DNA of 64,000 nt from Eledone cirrhosa (taxonomy: Eukaryota), in NCBI GenBank assembly GCA_964016885.1, contig OZ024740.1, positions 267,716,001 through 267,780,000 on the forward strand, given 5' to 3'. The notes beneath the pieces were generated by a model. That model had not been told where the DNA came from. It did no database searches and saw nothing but the letters and a program-made list of their open reading frames with translations. The position numbers and the translations under genes were made by a program. Below are positions 41,201 through 59,200 of this stretch, piece after piece (position 1 is the first letter of the stretch; every line of letters starts with the position of its first letter).

Positions 41201-44200
41201 AACAACAGAACGAGACAACCACTAATATCACACAACAACAGAACTGGACAACCACTAATACCACATAACAACAGGACGAGACAACCACTAATACCACACA
41301 ACAACAGAACGAGACAACCACTAATACCACATAACAACAGAACGAGACAACCACTAATACCACACAACAACAGAACGAGACAACCACTAATATCACACAA
41401 CAACAGAACTGGACAACCACTAATACCACACAACAACAGAACGAGACAACCACTAATACCACACAACAACAGAACGAGACAACCACTCATACCACACAAC
41501 AACAGAACGAGACAACCACTAATACCACACAACAACAGAACGAGACAACCACTAATACCACACAACAACAGAACGGGACAACCACTAATACCACACAACA
41601 ACAGAACGAGACAACCACTAATACCACACAACAACAGAACGAGACAACCACTAATACCACACAACTACAGAACGAGACAACCACTAATACCACACAACAA
41701 CAGAACGGGACAACCACTAATACAACACAACAACAGAACGAGACAACCACTAATACCACACAACAACAGAACGAGACAACCACTAATACCACACAACAAC
41801 AGAACGAGACAACCACTAATACCACACAACAACAGAAAGAGGCAACCACTAACACCACACAACAACAGAACGAGACAACCACTAACACAACACAACAACA
41901 GAATGAGACAACCACTAACACCACACAACAACAGAAGGAGACAACCACTAATACCACACAACAACAGAACAAGACAACCACTAATACCACACAACAACAG
42001 AAGGAGACAACCACTAACACCACACAACAACAGAATGAGACGACTACTCATACCACACAACAACAGAAGGAAACAACCACTAATACCACACAACAACAGA
42101 AGGAGACAACCACTAACACCACACAACAACAGAACGAGACAACCACTAATACCACACAACAACAGAAGGAGACAACCACTAACGCCACACAACAACAGAA
42201 CGAGACAACCACTAATACCACACAACAACAGAAGGAGACAACCACTAATACCACACAACAACAGAAGGAGACAACCACTAACGCCACACAACAACAGAAC
42301 GAGACAACCACTAATACCACACAACAACAGAACGAGACAACCACTAATACCACACAACAACAGAACGAGACAACCACTAATACCACACAACAACAGAACG
42401 AGACAACCACTCATACCACACAACAACAGAACGAGACAACCACTAATACCACACAACAACAGAACGAGACAACCACTAATACCACACAACAACAGAACGG
42501 GACAACCACTAATACCACACAACAACAGAACGAGACAACCACTAATACCACACAACAACAGAACGAGACAACCACTAATACCACACAACAACAGAACGAG
42601 ACAACCACTAATACCACACAACAACAGAAAGAGGCAACCACTAACACCACACAACAACAGAACGAGACAACCACTAACACCACACAACAACAGAATGAGA
42701 CAACCACTAACACCACACAACAACAGAACGAGACAACCACTAATACCACACAACAACAGAACAAGACAACCACTAATACCACACAACAACAGAAGGAGAC
42801 AACCACTAACACCACACAACAACAGAATGAGACGACTACTCATACCACACAACAACAGAAGGAAACAACCACTAATACCACACAACAACAGAAGGAGACA
42901 ACCACTAACACCACACAACAACAGAACGAGACAACCACTAATACCACAGAACAACAGAACGAGACAACCACTAATACTACACAACAAAAGAACGAGACAA
43001 CCACTAATACCACACAACAACAGAACGAGACAACCACTAATACCACACAACAACAGAACGAGACAACCACTAATACCACACAACAACAGAAAGAGACAAC
43101 CACTAACACCACACAACAACAGAACGAGACAAGCACTAACACCACACAACAACAGAACGAGACAACCACTAACACCACACAACAACAGAACGAGACAACC
43201 ACTAATACCACACAACAATAGAAGGAGACAACCACTAATACCACACAACAACAGAACGAGACAACCACTAATACCACACAACAGAACGAGACAACCACTA
43301 ATACCACACAACAACAGAACGAGACAACCACTAATACCACACAACAACTGAAGGAGACAACCACTAACACCACACAACAACAGAACGAGACAACCACTAA
43401 CAGCACACAACAACAGAACGAGACAACCACTAACACCACACAACAACAGAACGAGACAACCACTAATACCACACAACAATAGAAGGAGACAACCACTAAT
43501 ACCACACAACAACAGAACGAGACAACCACTAATACCACACAACAACAGAACGAGACAACCACTAATACTACACAACAAAAGAACGAGACAACCACTAATA
43601 CCACACAACAACAGAACGAGACAACCACTAATACCACACAACAACAGAACGAGACAACAACTAATACCACACAACAACTGAAGGAGACAACCACTAACAC
43701 CACACAACAACAGAACGAGACAACCACTAACAGCACACAACAACAGAACGAGACAACCACTAACACCACACAACAAGAGAACGAGACAACCACTAATACC
43801 ACACAACAATAGAAGGAGACAACCACTAATACCACACAACAACAGAAGGAGACAACCACTAATACCACACAACAACAGAACGAGACAACCACTAATACCA
43901 CACAACAACAGAACGAGACAACCACTAATACCACACAACAACAGAACGAGACAACCACTAATACCACACAACAACAGAACGAGACAACCACTAATATCAC
44001 ACAACAACAGAACGAGACAACCACTAATACCACACAACAACAGAACGAGACAACCACTAATACCACACAACAATAGAAGGAGACAACCACTAATACCACA
44101 CAACAACAGAAGGAGACAACCACTAATACCACACAACAACAGAACGAGACAACCACTAATACCACACAACAACAGAACGAGACAACCACTAATACCACAC

Positions 44201-47200
44201 AACAACAGAACGAGACAACCACTAATACCACACAACAACAGAACGAGACAACCACTAATATCACACAACAACAGAACGAGACAACCACTAACACCACACA
44301 ACCACAGAACGAGACAACCACTAATACCACACAACAATAGAAGGAGACAACCACTAATACCACACAACAACAGAAGGAGACAACCACTAATACCACACAA
44401 CAACAGAACGAGACAACCACTAATACCACACAACAACAGAACGAGACAACCACTAATACCACACAACAACAGAACGAGACAACCACTAATACCACACAAC
44501 AACAGAACGAGACAACCACTAATATCACACAACAACAGAACGAGACAAACACTAATACCACACAACAACAGAACGAGACAACCACTAATACCACACAACA
44601 ACAGAACGAGAAAACCACTAACACCACACAACAACAGAACGAGACAACCACTAATACCACACAACAACAGAAGGAGACAACCACTAATACCACACAACAA
44701 CAGAACGGGACAACCACTAATACCACACATCAACAGAACGAGACAACCACTAACACCACACAACAACAGAAGGAGACAACCACTAATACCACACAACAAC
44801 AGAACGAGACAGCCACTAATACCACACAACAACAGAACGAGACAACCACTAATACCACACAACAACAGAACGAGACAACCACTAATACCACACAAGAACA
44901 GAACGAGACAACCACTAATACCACACAACAACAGAACGAGACAACCACTAATATCACACAACAACAGAACTGGACAACCACTAATACCACATAACAACAG
45001 GACGAGACAACCACTAATACCACACAACAACAGAACGAGACAACCACTAATACCACATAACAACAGAACGAGACAACCACTAATACCACACAACAACAGA
45101 ACGAGACAACCACTAATATCACACAACAACAGAACTGGACAACCACTAATACCACACAACAACAGAACGAGACAACCACTAATACCACACAACAACAGAA
45201 CGAGACAACCACTCATACCACACAACAACAGAACGAGACAACCACTAATACCACACAACAACAGAACGAGACAACCACTAATACCACACAACAACAGAAC
45301 GGGACAACCACTAATACCACACAACAACAGAACGAGACAACCACTAATACCACACAACAACAGAACGAGACAACCACTAATACCACACAACTACAGAACG
45401 AGACAACCACTAATACCACACAACAACAGAACGGGACAACCACTAATACAACACAACAACAGAACGAGACAACCACTAATACCACACAACAACAGAACGA
45501 GACAACCACTAATACCACACAACAACAGAACGAGACAACCACTAATACCACACAACAACAGAAAGAGGCAACCACTAACACCACACAACAACAGAACGAG
45601 ACAACCACTAACACCACACAACAACAGAATGAGACAACCACTAACACCACACAACAACAGAAGGAGACAACCACTAATACCACACAACAACAGAACAAGA
45701 CAACCACTAATACCACACAACAACAGAAGGAGACAACCACTAACACCACACAACAACAGAATGAGACGACTACTCATACCACACAACAACAGAAGGAAAC
45801 AACCACTAATACCACACAACAACAGAAGGAGACAACCACTAACACCACACAACAACAGAACGAGACAACCACTAATACCACACAACAACAGAAGGAGACA
45901 ACCACTAACGCCACACAACAACAGAACGAGACAACCACTAATACCACACAACAACAGAAGGAGACAACCACTAATACCACACAACAACAGAAGGAGACAA
46001 CCACTAATACCACACAACAACAGAACGAGACAACCACTAATACCACACAACAACAGAAGGAGACAACCACTAACACCACACAACAACAGAATGAGACAAC
46101 CACTAATACCACACAACAACAGAACGAGACAACCACTAATATCACACAACAACAGAACGAGACAACCACTAATACCACACAACAACAGAAGGAGACAACC
46201 ACTAACACCACACAACAACAGAACGAGACAACCACTAATACCACACAACAACAGAAGGAGACAACCACTAATACCACACAACAACAGAACGAGACAACCA
46301 CTAATACCACACAGCAACAGAAGGAGACAACCACTAATACCACACAACAACAGAAGGAGACAACCACTAATATCACACAACAACAGAACTGGACAACCAC
46401 TAATACCACACAACAACAGAACGAGACAACCACTAATACAACAAAAACAGAAGAAATCAACCACTAATACCACACAACAACAGAACGAGACAACCACTAT
46501 CACCACACAGCAACAGAACGAGACAACCACTAATACCACACAACAACAGAACGGGACAACCACTAATACCACACAACAACAGAACGAGACAACCACTAAC
46601 ACCACACAACAACAGAAGGAGACAACCACTAATACCACACAACAACAGAACGAGACAACCACTAATACCACACAGCAACAGAAGGAGACAACCACTAATA
46701 CCACACAACAACAGAACGAGACAACCACTAACACCACACAACAACAGAACGAGACAACCACTAATATCACACAACAACAGAACGAGACAAGCACTAATAC
46801 CACACAACAACAGAACGAGACAACCACTAATATCACACAACAACAGAACTGGACAACCACTAATACCACACAACAACAGAACGAGACAACCACTAATACA
46901 ACAAAAACAGAAGGAATCAACCACTAATACCACACAACAACAGAACGAGACAACCACTATCACCACACAGCAACAGAACGAGACAACCACTAATACCACA
47001 CAACAACAGAACGAGACAACCACTAATACCACACAACAACAGAACGAGACAACCACTAATACCACACAACAACGGAACGAGACAACCACTAATACCACAC
47101 AACAACAGAACGAGACAACCACTAATACCACACAACAACAGAACGAGACAACCACTAATACCACACAACAACAGAACGAGACAACCACTAATACCACACA

Positions 47201-50200
47201 ACAACAGAACGAGACAACCACTAATACCACACAACAACAGAACGAGACAACCACTAATACCACACAACAACAGAACGGGACAACCACTAATACCACACAA
47301 CAACAGAACGAGACAACCACTAATACCACACAACAACAGAACGAGACAACCACTAATACCACACAACAACAGAACGAGACAACCACTAATACCACACAAC
47401 AACAGAACGGGACAACCACTAATACCACACAACAACAGAACGGGACAACCACTAATACCACACAACAACAGAACGAGACAACCACTAATACCACACAACA
47501 ACAGAAGGAGACAACCACTAATACCACACAACAACAGAAGGAGGCAACCACTAACACCACACAACAACAGAACGAGACAACCACTAACACCACACAACAA
47601 CAGAACGAGACGACTACTAATACCACACAACAACAGAAGGAAACAACCACTAATACCACACAACAACAGAAGGAGACAACCACTAACACCACACAACAAC
47701 AGAACGAGACAACCACTAATACCACACAACAACAGAAGGAGACAACCACTAACACCACACAACAACAGAACGAGACAACCACTAATACCACACAACAACA
47801 GAAGGAGACAACCACTAATACCACACAACAACAGAAGGAGACAACCACTAACACCACACAACAACAGAAGGAGACAACCACTAATACCACACAACAACAG
47901 AAGGAGACAACCACTAATACCACACAACAACAGAAGGAGACAACCACTAACACCACACAACAACAGAACGAGACAACCACTAATACCACACAACAACAGA
48001 ACGAGACAACCACTAATACCACACAACAACAGAAGGAGACAACCACTAACACCACACAACCACAGAACGAGACAACCACTAATACCACACAACAACAGAA
48101 GGAGACAACCACTAATACCACACAACAACAGAACGAGACAACCACTAAAACCACACAACAACAGAACGGGACAACCACTAATACCACACAACAACAGAAC
48201 GAGACAACCACTATTACCACACAACAACAGAACGAGACAACCACTAATACCACACAACAACAGAACGAGACAACCACTAATACCACACAACAACAGAACG
48301 GGACAAGCACTAACACCACACAACAACAGAACGAGACAACCACTAATACCACACAACAACAGAACGGGACAACCACTAATACCACACAACAACAGAACGA
48401 GACAACCACTAATACCACACAACAACAGAACGAGACAACCTCTAATACCACACAACAACAGAACGGGACAACCACTAATACCACACAACAACAGAACGAG
48501 ACAACCACTATTACCACACAACAACAGAACGAGACAACCACTAATACCACACAACAACAGAACGAGACAACCACTAATACCACACAACAACAGAACGAGA
48601 CAACCACTAATACCACACAACAACAGAACGGGACAACCACTAATACCACACAACAACAGAACGGGACAACCACTAATACCACACAACAACAGAACGAGAC
48701 AACCACTAATACCACACAACAACAGAAGGAGACAACCACTAATACCACACAACAACAGAACGGGACAACCACTAATACCACACAACAACAGAACGAGACA
48801 ACCACTAATACCACACAACAACAGAACGAGACAACCACTAATACCACACAACTACAGAACGAGACAAGCACTAATACCACACAACAACAGAACGGGACAA
48901 CCACTAATACAACACAACAACAGAACGAGACAACCACTAATACCACACAACAACAGAACGAGACAACCACTAATACCACACAACAACAGAACGAGACAAC
49001 CACTAATACCACACAACAACAGAAAGAGGCAACCACTAACACCACACAACAACAGAACGAGACAACCACTAACACCACACAACAACAGAATGAGACAACC
49101 ACTAACACCACACAACAACAGAAGGAGACAACCACTAATACCACACAACAACAGAACAAGACAACCACTAATACCACACAACAACAGAAGGAGACAACCA
49201 CTAACACCACACAACAACAGAATGAGACGACTACTCATACCACACAACAACAGAAGGAAACAACCACTAATACCACACAACAACAGAAGGAGACAACCAC
49301 TAACACCACACAACAACAGAACGAGACAACCACTAATACCACACAACAACAGAAGGAGACAACCACTAACGCCACACAACAACAGAACGAGACAACCACT
49401 AATACCACACAACAACAGAAGGAGACAACCACTAATACCACACAACAACAGAAGGAGACAACCACTAATACCACACAACAACAGAACGAGACAACCACTA
49501 ATACCACACAACAACAGAAGGAGACAACCACTAACACCACACAACAACAGAATGAGACAACCACTAATACCACACAACAACAGAACGAGACAACCACTAA
49601 TATCACACAACAACAGAACGAGACAACCACTAATACCACACAACAACAGAAGGAGACAACCACTAACACCACACAACAACAGAACGAGACAACCACTAAT
49701 ACCACACAACAACAGAAGGAGACAACCACTAATACCACACAACAACAGAACGAGACAACCACTAATACCACACAGCAACAGAAGGAGACAACCACTAATA
49801 CCACACAACAACAGAACGAGACAACCACTAACACCACACAACAACAGAACGAGACAACCACTAATATCACACAACAACAGAACGAGACAAGCACTAATAC
49901 CACACAACAACAGAACGAGACAACCACTAATATCACACAACAACAGAACTGGACAACCACTAATACCACACAACAACAGAACGAGACAACCACTAATACA
50001 ACAAAAACAGAAGAAATCAACCACTAATACCACACAACAACAGAACGAGACAACCACTATCACCACACAGCAACAGAACGAGACAACCACTAATACCACA
50101 CAACAACAGAACGGGACAACCACTAATACCACACAACAACAGAACGAGACAACCACTAACACCACACAACAACAGAAGGAGACAACCACTAATACCACAC

Positions 50201-53200
50201 AACAACAGAACGAGACAACCACTAATACCACACAGCAACAGAAGGAGACAACCACTAATACCACACAACAACAGAACGAGACAACCACTAACACCACACA
50301 ACAACAGAACGAGACAACCACTAATATCACACAACAACAGAACGAGACAAGCACTAATACCACACAACAACAGAACGAGACAACCACTAATATCACACAA
50401 CAACAGAACTGGACAACCACTAATACCACACAACAACAGAACGAGACAACCACTAATACAACAAAAACAGAAGGAATCAACCACTAATACCACACAACAA
50501 CAGAACGAGACAACCACTATCACCACACAGCAACAGAACGAGACAACCACTAATACCACACAACAACAGAACGAGACAACCACTAATACCACACAACAAC
50601 AGAACGAGACAACCACTAATACCACACAACAACGGAACGAGACAACCACTAATACCACACAACAACAGAACGAGACAACCACTAATACCACACAACAACA
50701 GAACGAGACAACCACTAATACCACACAACAACAGAACGAGACAACCACTAATACCACACAACAACAGAACGAGACAACCACTAATACCACACAACAACAG
50801 AACGAGACAACCACTAATACCACACAACAACAGAACGGGACAACCACTAATACCACACAACAACAGAACGAGACAACCACTAATACCACACAACAACAGA
50901 ACGAGACAACCACTAATACCACACAACAACAGAACGAGACAACCACTAATACCACACAACAACAGAACGGGACAACCACTAATACCACACAACAACAGAA
51001 CGGGACAACCACTAATACCACACAACAACAGAACGAGACAACCACTAATACCACACAACAACAGAAGGAGACAACCACTAATACCACACAACAACAGAAG
51101 GAGGCAACCACTAACACCACACAACAACAGAACGAGACAACCACTAACACCACACAACAACAGAACGAGACGACTACTAATACCACACAACAACAGAAGG
51201 AAACAACCACTAATACCACACAACAACAGAAGGAGACAACCACTAACACCACACAACAACAGAACGAGACAACCACTAATACCACACAACAACAGAAGGA
51301 GACAACCACTAACACCACACAACAACAGAACGAGACAACCACTAATACCACACAACAACAGAAGGAGACAACCACTAATACCACACAACAACAGAAGGAG
51401 ACAACCACTAACACCACACAACAACAGAAGGAGACAACCACTAATACCACACAACAACAGAAGGAGACAACCACTAATACCACACAACAACAGAAGGAGA
51501 CAACCACTAACACCACACAACAACAGAACGAGACAACCACTAATACCACACAACAACAGAACGAGACAACCACTAATACCACACAACAACAGAAGGAGAC
51601 AACCACTAACACCACACAACCACAGAACGAGACAACCACTAATACCACACAACAACAGAAGGAGACAACCACTAATACCACACAACAACAGAACGAGACA
51701 ACCACTAATACCACACAACAACAGAACGGGACAACCACTAATACCACACAACAACAGAACGAGACAACCACTATTACCACACAACAACAGAACGAGACAA
51801 CCACTAATACCACACAACAACAGAACGAGACAACCACTAATACCACACAACAACAGAACGGGACAAGCACTAACACCACACAACAACAGAACGAGACAAC
51901 CACTAATACCACACAACAACAGAACGGGACAACCACTAATACCACACAACAACAGAGCGAGACAACCACTAATACCACACAACAACAGAACGAGACAACC
52001 TCTAATACCACACAACAACAGAACGGGACAACCACTAATACCACACAACAACAGAACGAGACAACCACTATTACCACACAACAACAGAACGAGACAACCA
52101 CTAATACCACACAACAACAGAACGAGACAACCACTAATACCACACAACAACAGAACGAGACAACCACTAATACCACACAACAACAGAACGGGACAACCAC
52201 TAATACCACACAACAACAGAACGGGACAACCACTAATACCACACAACAACAGAACGAGACAACCACTAATACCACACAACAACAGAAGGAGACAACCACT
52301 AATACCACACAACAACAGAAGGAGGCAACCACTAACACCACACAACAACAGAACGAGACAACCACTAACACCACACAACAACAGAACGAGACGACTACTA
52401 ATACCACACAACAACAGAAGGAAACAACCACTAATACCACACAACAACAGAAGGAGACAACCACTAACACCACACAACAACAGAACGAGACAACCACTAA
52501 TACCACACAACAACAGAAGGAGACAACCACTAACACCACACAACAACAGAACGAGACAACCACTAATACCACACAACAACAGAAGGAGACAACCACTAAT
52601 ACCACACAACAACAGAAGGAGACAACCACTAACACCACACAACAACAGAAGGAGACAACCACTAATACCACACAACAACAGAAGGAGACAACCACTAATA
52701 CCACACAACAACAGAAGGAGACAACCACTAACACCACACAACAACAGAACGAGACAACCACTAATACCACACAACAACAGAACGAGACAACCACTAATAC
52801 CACACAACAACAGAAGGAGACAACCACTAACACCACACAACCACAGAACGAGACAACCACTAATACCACACAACAACAGAAGGAGACAACCACTAATACC
52901 ACACAACAACAGAACGAGACAACCACTAATACCACACAACAACAGAACGGAACAACCACTAATACCACACAACAACAGAACGAGACAACCACTATTACCA
53001 CACAACAACAGAACGAGACAACCACTAATACAACACAACGACAGAACGAGACAACCACTAATACCACACAACAACAGAACGGGACAAGCACTAACACCAC
53101 ACAACAACAGAACGAGACAACCACTAATACCACACAACAACAGAACGAGACAACCACTAATACCACACAACAACAGAAGGAGACAACCACTAATACCACA

Positions 53201-56200
53201 CAACAACAGAACGGGACAACCACTAATACCACACATCAACAGAACGAGACAACCACTAACACCACACAACAACAGAAGGAGACAACCACTAATACCACAC
53301 AACAACAGAACGAGACAGCCACTAATACCACACAACAACAGAACGAGACAACCACTAATACCACACAACAACAGAACGAGACAACCACTAATACCACACA
53401 ACAACAGAACGGGACAACCACTAATACCACACAACAACAGAACGAGACAACCACTAATACCACACAACAACAGAACGAGACAACCACTAATACCACACAA
53501 CTGCAGAACGAGACAAGCACTAATACCACACAACAACAGAACGGGACAACCACTAATACCACACATCAACAGAACGAGACAACCACTAACACCACACAAC
53601 AACAGAAGGAGACAACCACTAATACCACACAACAACAGAACGAGACAGCCACTAATACCACACAACAACAGAACGAGACAACCACTAATACCACACAACA
53701 ACAGAACGAGACAACCACTAATACCACACAACAACAGAACGGGACAACCACTAATATCACACAACAACAGAACTGGACAACCACTAATACCACATAACAA
53801 CAGGACGAGACAACCACTAATACCACACAACAACAGAACGAGACCACCACTAATACCACATAACAACAGAACGAGACAACCACTAATACCACACAACAAC
53901 AGAACGAGACAACCACTAATATCACACAACAACAGAACTGGACAACCACTAATACCACACAACAACAGAACGAGACAACCACTAATACCACACAACAACA
54001 GAACGAGACAACCACTCATACCACACAACAACAGAACGAGACAACCACTAATACCACACAACAACAGAACGAGACAACCACTAATACCACACAACAACAG
54101 AACGGGACAACCACTAATACCACACAACAACAGAACGAGACAACCACTAATACCACACAACAACAGAACGAGACAACCACTAATACCACACAACTGCAGA
54201 ACGAGACAAGCACTAATACCACACAACAACAGAACGGGACAACCACTAATACAACACAACAACAGAACGAGACAACCACTAATACCACACAACAACAGAA
54301 CGAGACAACCACTAATACCACACAACAACAGAACGAGACAACCACTAATACCAAACAACAACAGAAAGAGGCAACCACTAACACCACACAACAACAGAAC
54401 GAGACAACCACTAACACCACACAACAACAGAATGAGACAACCACTAACACCACACAACAACAGAAGGAGACAACCACTAATACCACACAACAACAGAACA
54501 AGACAACCACTAATACCACACAACAACAGAAGGAGACAACCACTAACACCACACAACAACAGAATGAGACGACTACTCATACCACACAACAACAGAAGGA
54601 AACAACCACTAATACCACACAACAACAGAAGGAGAGAACCACTAACACCACACAACAACAGAACGAGACAACCACTAATACCACACAACAACAGAAGGAG
54701 ACAACCACTAACGCCACACAACAACAGAACGAGACAACCACTAATACCACACAACAACAGAAGGAGACAACCACTAATACCACACAACAACAGAAGGAGA
54801 CAACCACTAATACCACACAACAACAGAACGAGACAACCACTAATACCACACAACAACAGAAGGAGACAACCACTAACACCACACAACAACAGAAGGAGAC
54901 AACCACTAATACCACACAACAACAGAACGAGACAACCACTAATACCACACAACAACAGAACGAGACAACCACTAATACCACACAACAACAGAAGGAGACA
55001 ACCACTAACACCACACAACAACAGAACGAGACAACCACTAATACCACACAACGACAGAAGGAGACAACCACTAATACCACACAACAACAGAACGGGACAA
55101 CCACTAATACCACACAACAACAGAACGAGACAACCACTAACACCACACAACAACAGAAGGAGACAACCACTAATACCACACAACAACAGAACGAGACAAC
55201 CACTAATACCACACAGCAACAGAAGGAGACAACCACTAATACCACACAACAACAGAACGAGACAACCACTAATATCACACAACAACAGAACGAGACAAGC
55301 ACTAATACCACACAACAACAGAACGAGACAACCACTAATATCACACAACAACAGAACTGGACAACCACTAATACCACACAACAACAGAACGAGACAACCA
55401 CTAATACAACAAAAACAGAAGGAATCAACCACTAATACCACACAACAACAGAACGAGACAACCACTATCACCACACAGCAACAGAACGAGACAACCACTA
55501 ATACCACACAACAACAGAACGAGACAACCACTAATACCACACAACAACAGAACGAGACAACCACTAATACCACACAACAACGGAACGAGACAACCACTAA
55601 TACCACACAACAACAGAACGAGACAACCACTAATACCACACAACAACAGAACGAGACAACCACTAATACCACACAACAACAGAACGAGACAACCACTAAT
55701 ACCACACAACAACAGAACGAGACAACCACTAATACCACACAACAACAGTACGAGACAACCACTAATACCACACAACAACAGAACGGGACAACCACTAATA
55801 CCACACAACAACAGAACGAGACAACCACTAATACCACACAACAACAGAACGAGACAACCACTAATACCACACAACAACAGAACGAGACAACCACTAATAC
55901 CACACAACAACAGAACGGGACAACCACTAATACCACACAACAACAGAACGGGACAACCACTAATACCACACAACAACAGAACGAGACAACCACTAATACC
56001 ACACAACAACAGAAGGAGACAACCACTAATACCACACAACAACAGAAGGAGGCAACCACTAACACCACACAACAACAGAACGAGACAACCACTAACACCA
56101 CACAACAACAGAACGAGACGACTACTAATACCACACAACAACAGAAGGAAACAACCACTAATACCACACAACAACAGAAGGAGACAACCACTAACACCAC

Positions 56201-59200
56201 ACAACAACAGAACGAGACAACCACTAATACCACACAACAACAGAAGGAGACAACCCCTAACACCACACAACAACAGAACGAGACAACCACTAATACCACA
56301 CAACAACAGAAGGAGACAACCACTAATACCACACAACAACAGAAGGAGACAACCACTAACACCACACAACAACAGAAGGAGACAACCACTAATACCACAC
56401 AACAACAGAAGGAGACAACCACTAATACCACACAACAACAGAAGGAGACAACCACTAACACCACACAACAACAGAACGAGACAACCACTAATACCACACA
56501 ACAACAGAACGAGACAACCACTAATACCACACAACAACAGAAGGAGACAACCACTAACACCACACAACCACAGAACGAGACAACCACTAATACCACACAA
56601 CAACAGAAGGAGACAACCACTAATACCACACAACAACAGAACGAGACAACCACTAATACCACACAACAACAGAACGGGACAACCACTAATACCACACAAC
56701 AACAGAACGAGACAACCACTATTACCACACAACAACAGAACGAGACAACCACTAATACCACACAACAACAGAACGAGACAACCACTAATACCACACAACA
56801 ACAGAACGGGACAAGCACTAACACCACACAACAACAGAACGAGACAACCACTAATACCACACAACAACAGAACGAGACAACCACTAATACCACACAACAA
56901 CAGAACGAGACAACCACTAATACCACACAACAGCAGAAGGAGGCAACCACTAACACCACACAACAACAGAACGAGACAACCACTAATACCACACAACAAC
57001 AGAAGGAGACAACCACTAACACCACACAACAACAGAACGAGACGACTACTAATACCACACAACAACAGAAGGAAACAACCACTAATACCACACAACAACA
57101 GAAGGAGACAACCACTAACACCACACAACAACAGAACGAGACAACCACTAATACCACACAACAACAGAACGAGACAACCACTAACACCACACAACAACAG
57201 AACGAGACAACCACTAATACCACACAACAACAGAAGGAGACAACCACTAACACCACACAACAACAGAAGGAGACAACCACTAATACCACACAACAACAGA
57301 ACGAGACAACCACTAATACCACACAACAACAGAAGGAGACAACCACTAACACCACACAGCAACAGAACGAGACAACCACTAATACCACACAACAACAGAA
57401 CGAGACAACCACTAATACCACACAACAACAGAACGAGACAACCACTAATAACACACAACAACAGAAGGAGACAACCACTAACACCACACAACAACAGAAC
57501 GAGACAACCACTAATACCACACAACAACAGAAGGAGACAACCACTAATACCACACAACAACAGAACGGGACAACCACTAATACCACACAACAACAGAACG
57601 AGACAACCACTAACACCACACAACAACAGAACTGGACAACCACTAATACCACACAACAACAGAACGAGACAACCACTAATACAACAAAAACAGAAGGAAT
57701 CAACCACTAATACCACACAACAACAGAACGAGACAACCACTATCACCACACAACAACAGAACGAGACAACCACTAATACCACACAACAACAGAACGAGAC
57801 AAGCACTAACACCACACAACAACAGAACGAGACAAGCACTAACACCACACAACAATAGAAGGAGACAACCACTAATACCACACAACAACAGAACGAGACA
57901 ACCACTAATACCACACAACAACAGAACGAGACAACCACTAATACTACACAACAAAAGAACGAGACAACCACTAATACCACACAACAACAGAACGAGACAA
58001 CCACTAATACCACACAACAACAGAACGAGACAACCACTAATACCACACAACAACTGAAGGAGACAACCACTAACACCACACAACAACAGAACGAGACAAC
58101 CACTAACACCACACAACAACAGAACGGGACAACCACTAATACCACACAACAATAGAAGGAGACAACCACTAATACCACACAACAACAGAAGGAGACAACC
58201 ACTAATACCACACAACAACAGAACGAGACAACCACTAATACCACACAACAACAGAACGAGACAACCACTAATACCACACAACAACAGAACGAGACAACCA
58301 CTAATACCACACAACAACAGAACGAGACAACCACTAATATCACACAACAACAGAACGAGACAACCACTAATACCACACAACAACAGAACGAGACAACCAC
58401 TAATACCACACAACAACAGAACGAGACAACCACTAATACCACACAACAACAGAACGAGACAACCACTAATACCACACAACAACAGAAGGAGACAACCACT
58501 AATACCACACAACAACAGAACGGGACAACCACTAATACCACACATCAACAGAACGAGACAACCACTAACACCACACAACAACAGAAGGAGACAACCACTA
58601 ATACCACACACCAACAGAACGAGACAGCCACTAATACCACACAACAACAGAACGAGACAACCACTAATACCACACAACAACAGAACGAGACAACCACTAA
58701 TACCACACAAGAACAGAACGAGACAACCACTAATACCACACAACAACAGAACGAGACAACCACTAATATCACACAACAACAGAACTGGACAACCACTAAT
58801 ACCACATAACAACAGGACGAGACAACCACTAATACCACACAACAACAGAACGAGACAACCACTAATACCACATAACAACAGAACGAGACAACCACTAATA
58901 CCACACAACAACAGAACGAGACAACCACTAATATCACACAACAACAGAACTGGACAACCACTAATACCACACAACAACAGAACGAGACAACCACTAATAC
59001 CACACAACAACAGAACGAGACAACCACTCATACCACACAACAACAGAACGAGACAACCACTAATACCACACAACAACAGAACGAGACAACCACTAATACC
59101 ACACAACAACAGAACGGGACAACCACTAATACCACACAACAACAGAACGAGACAACCACTAATACCACACAACAACAGAACGAGACAACCACTAATACCA

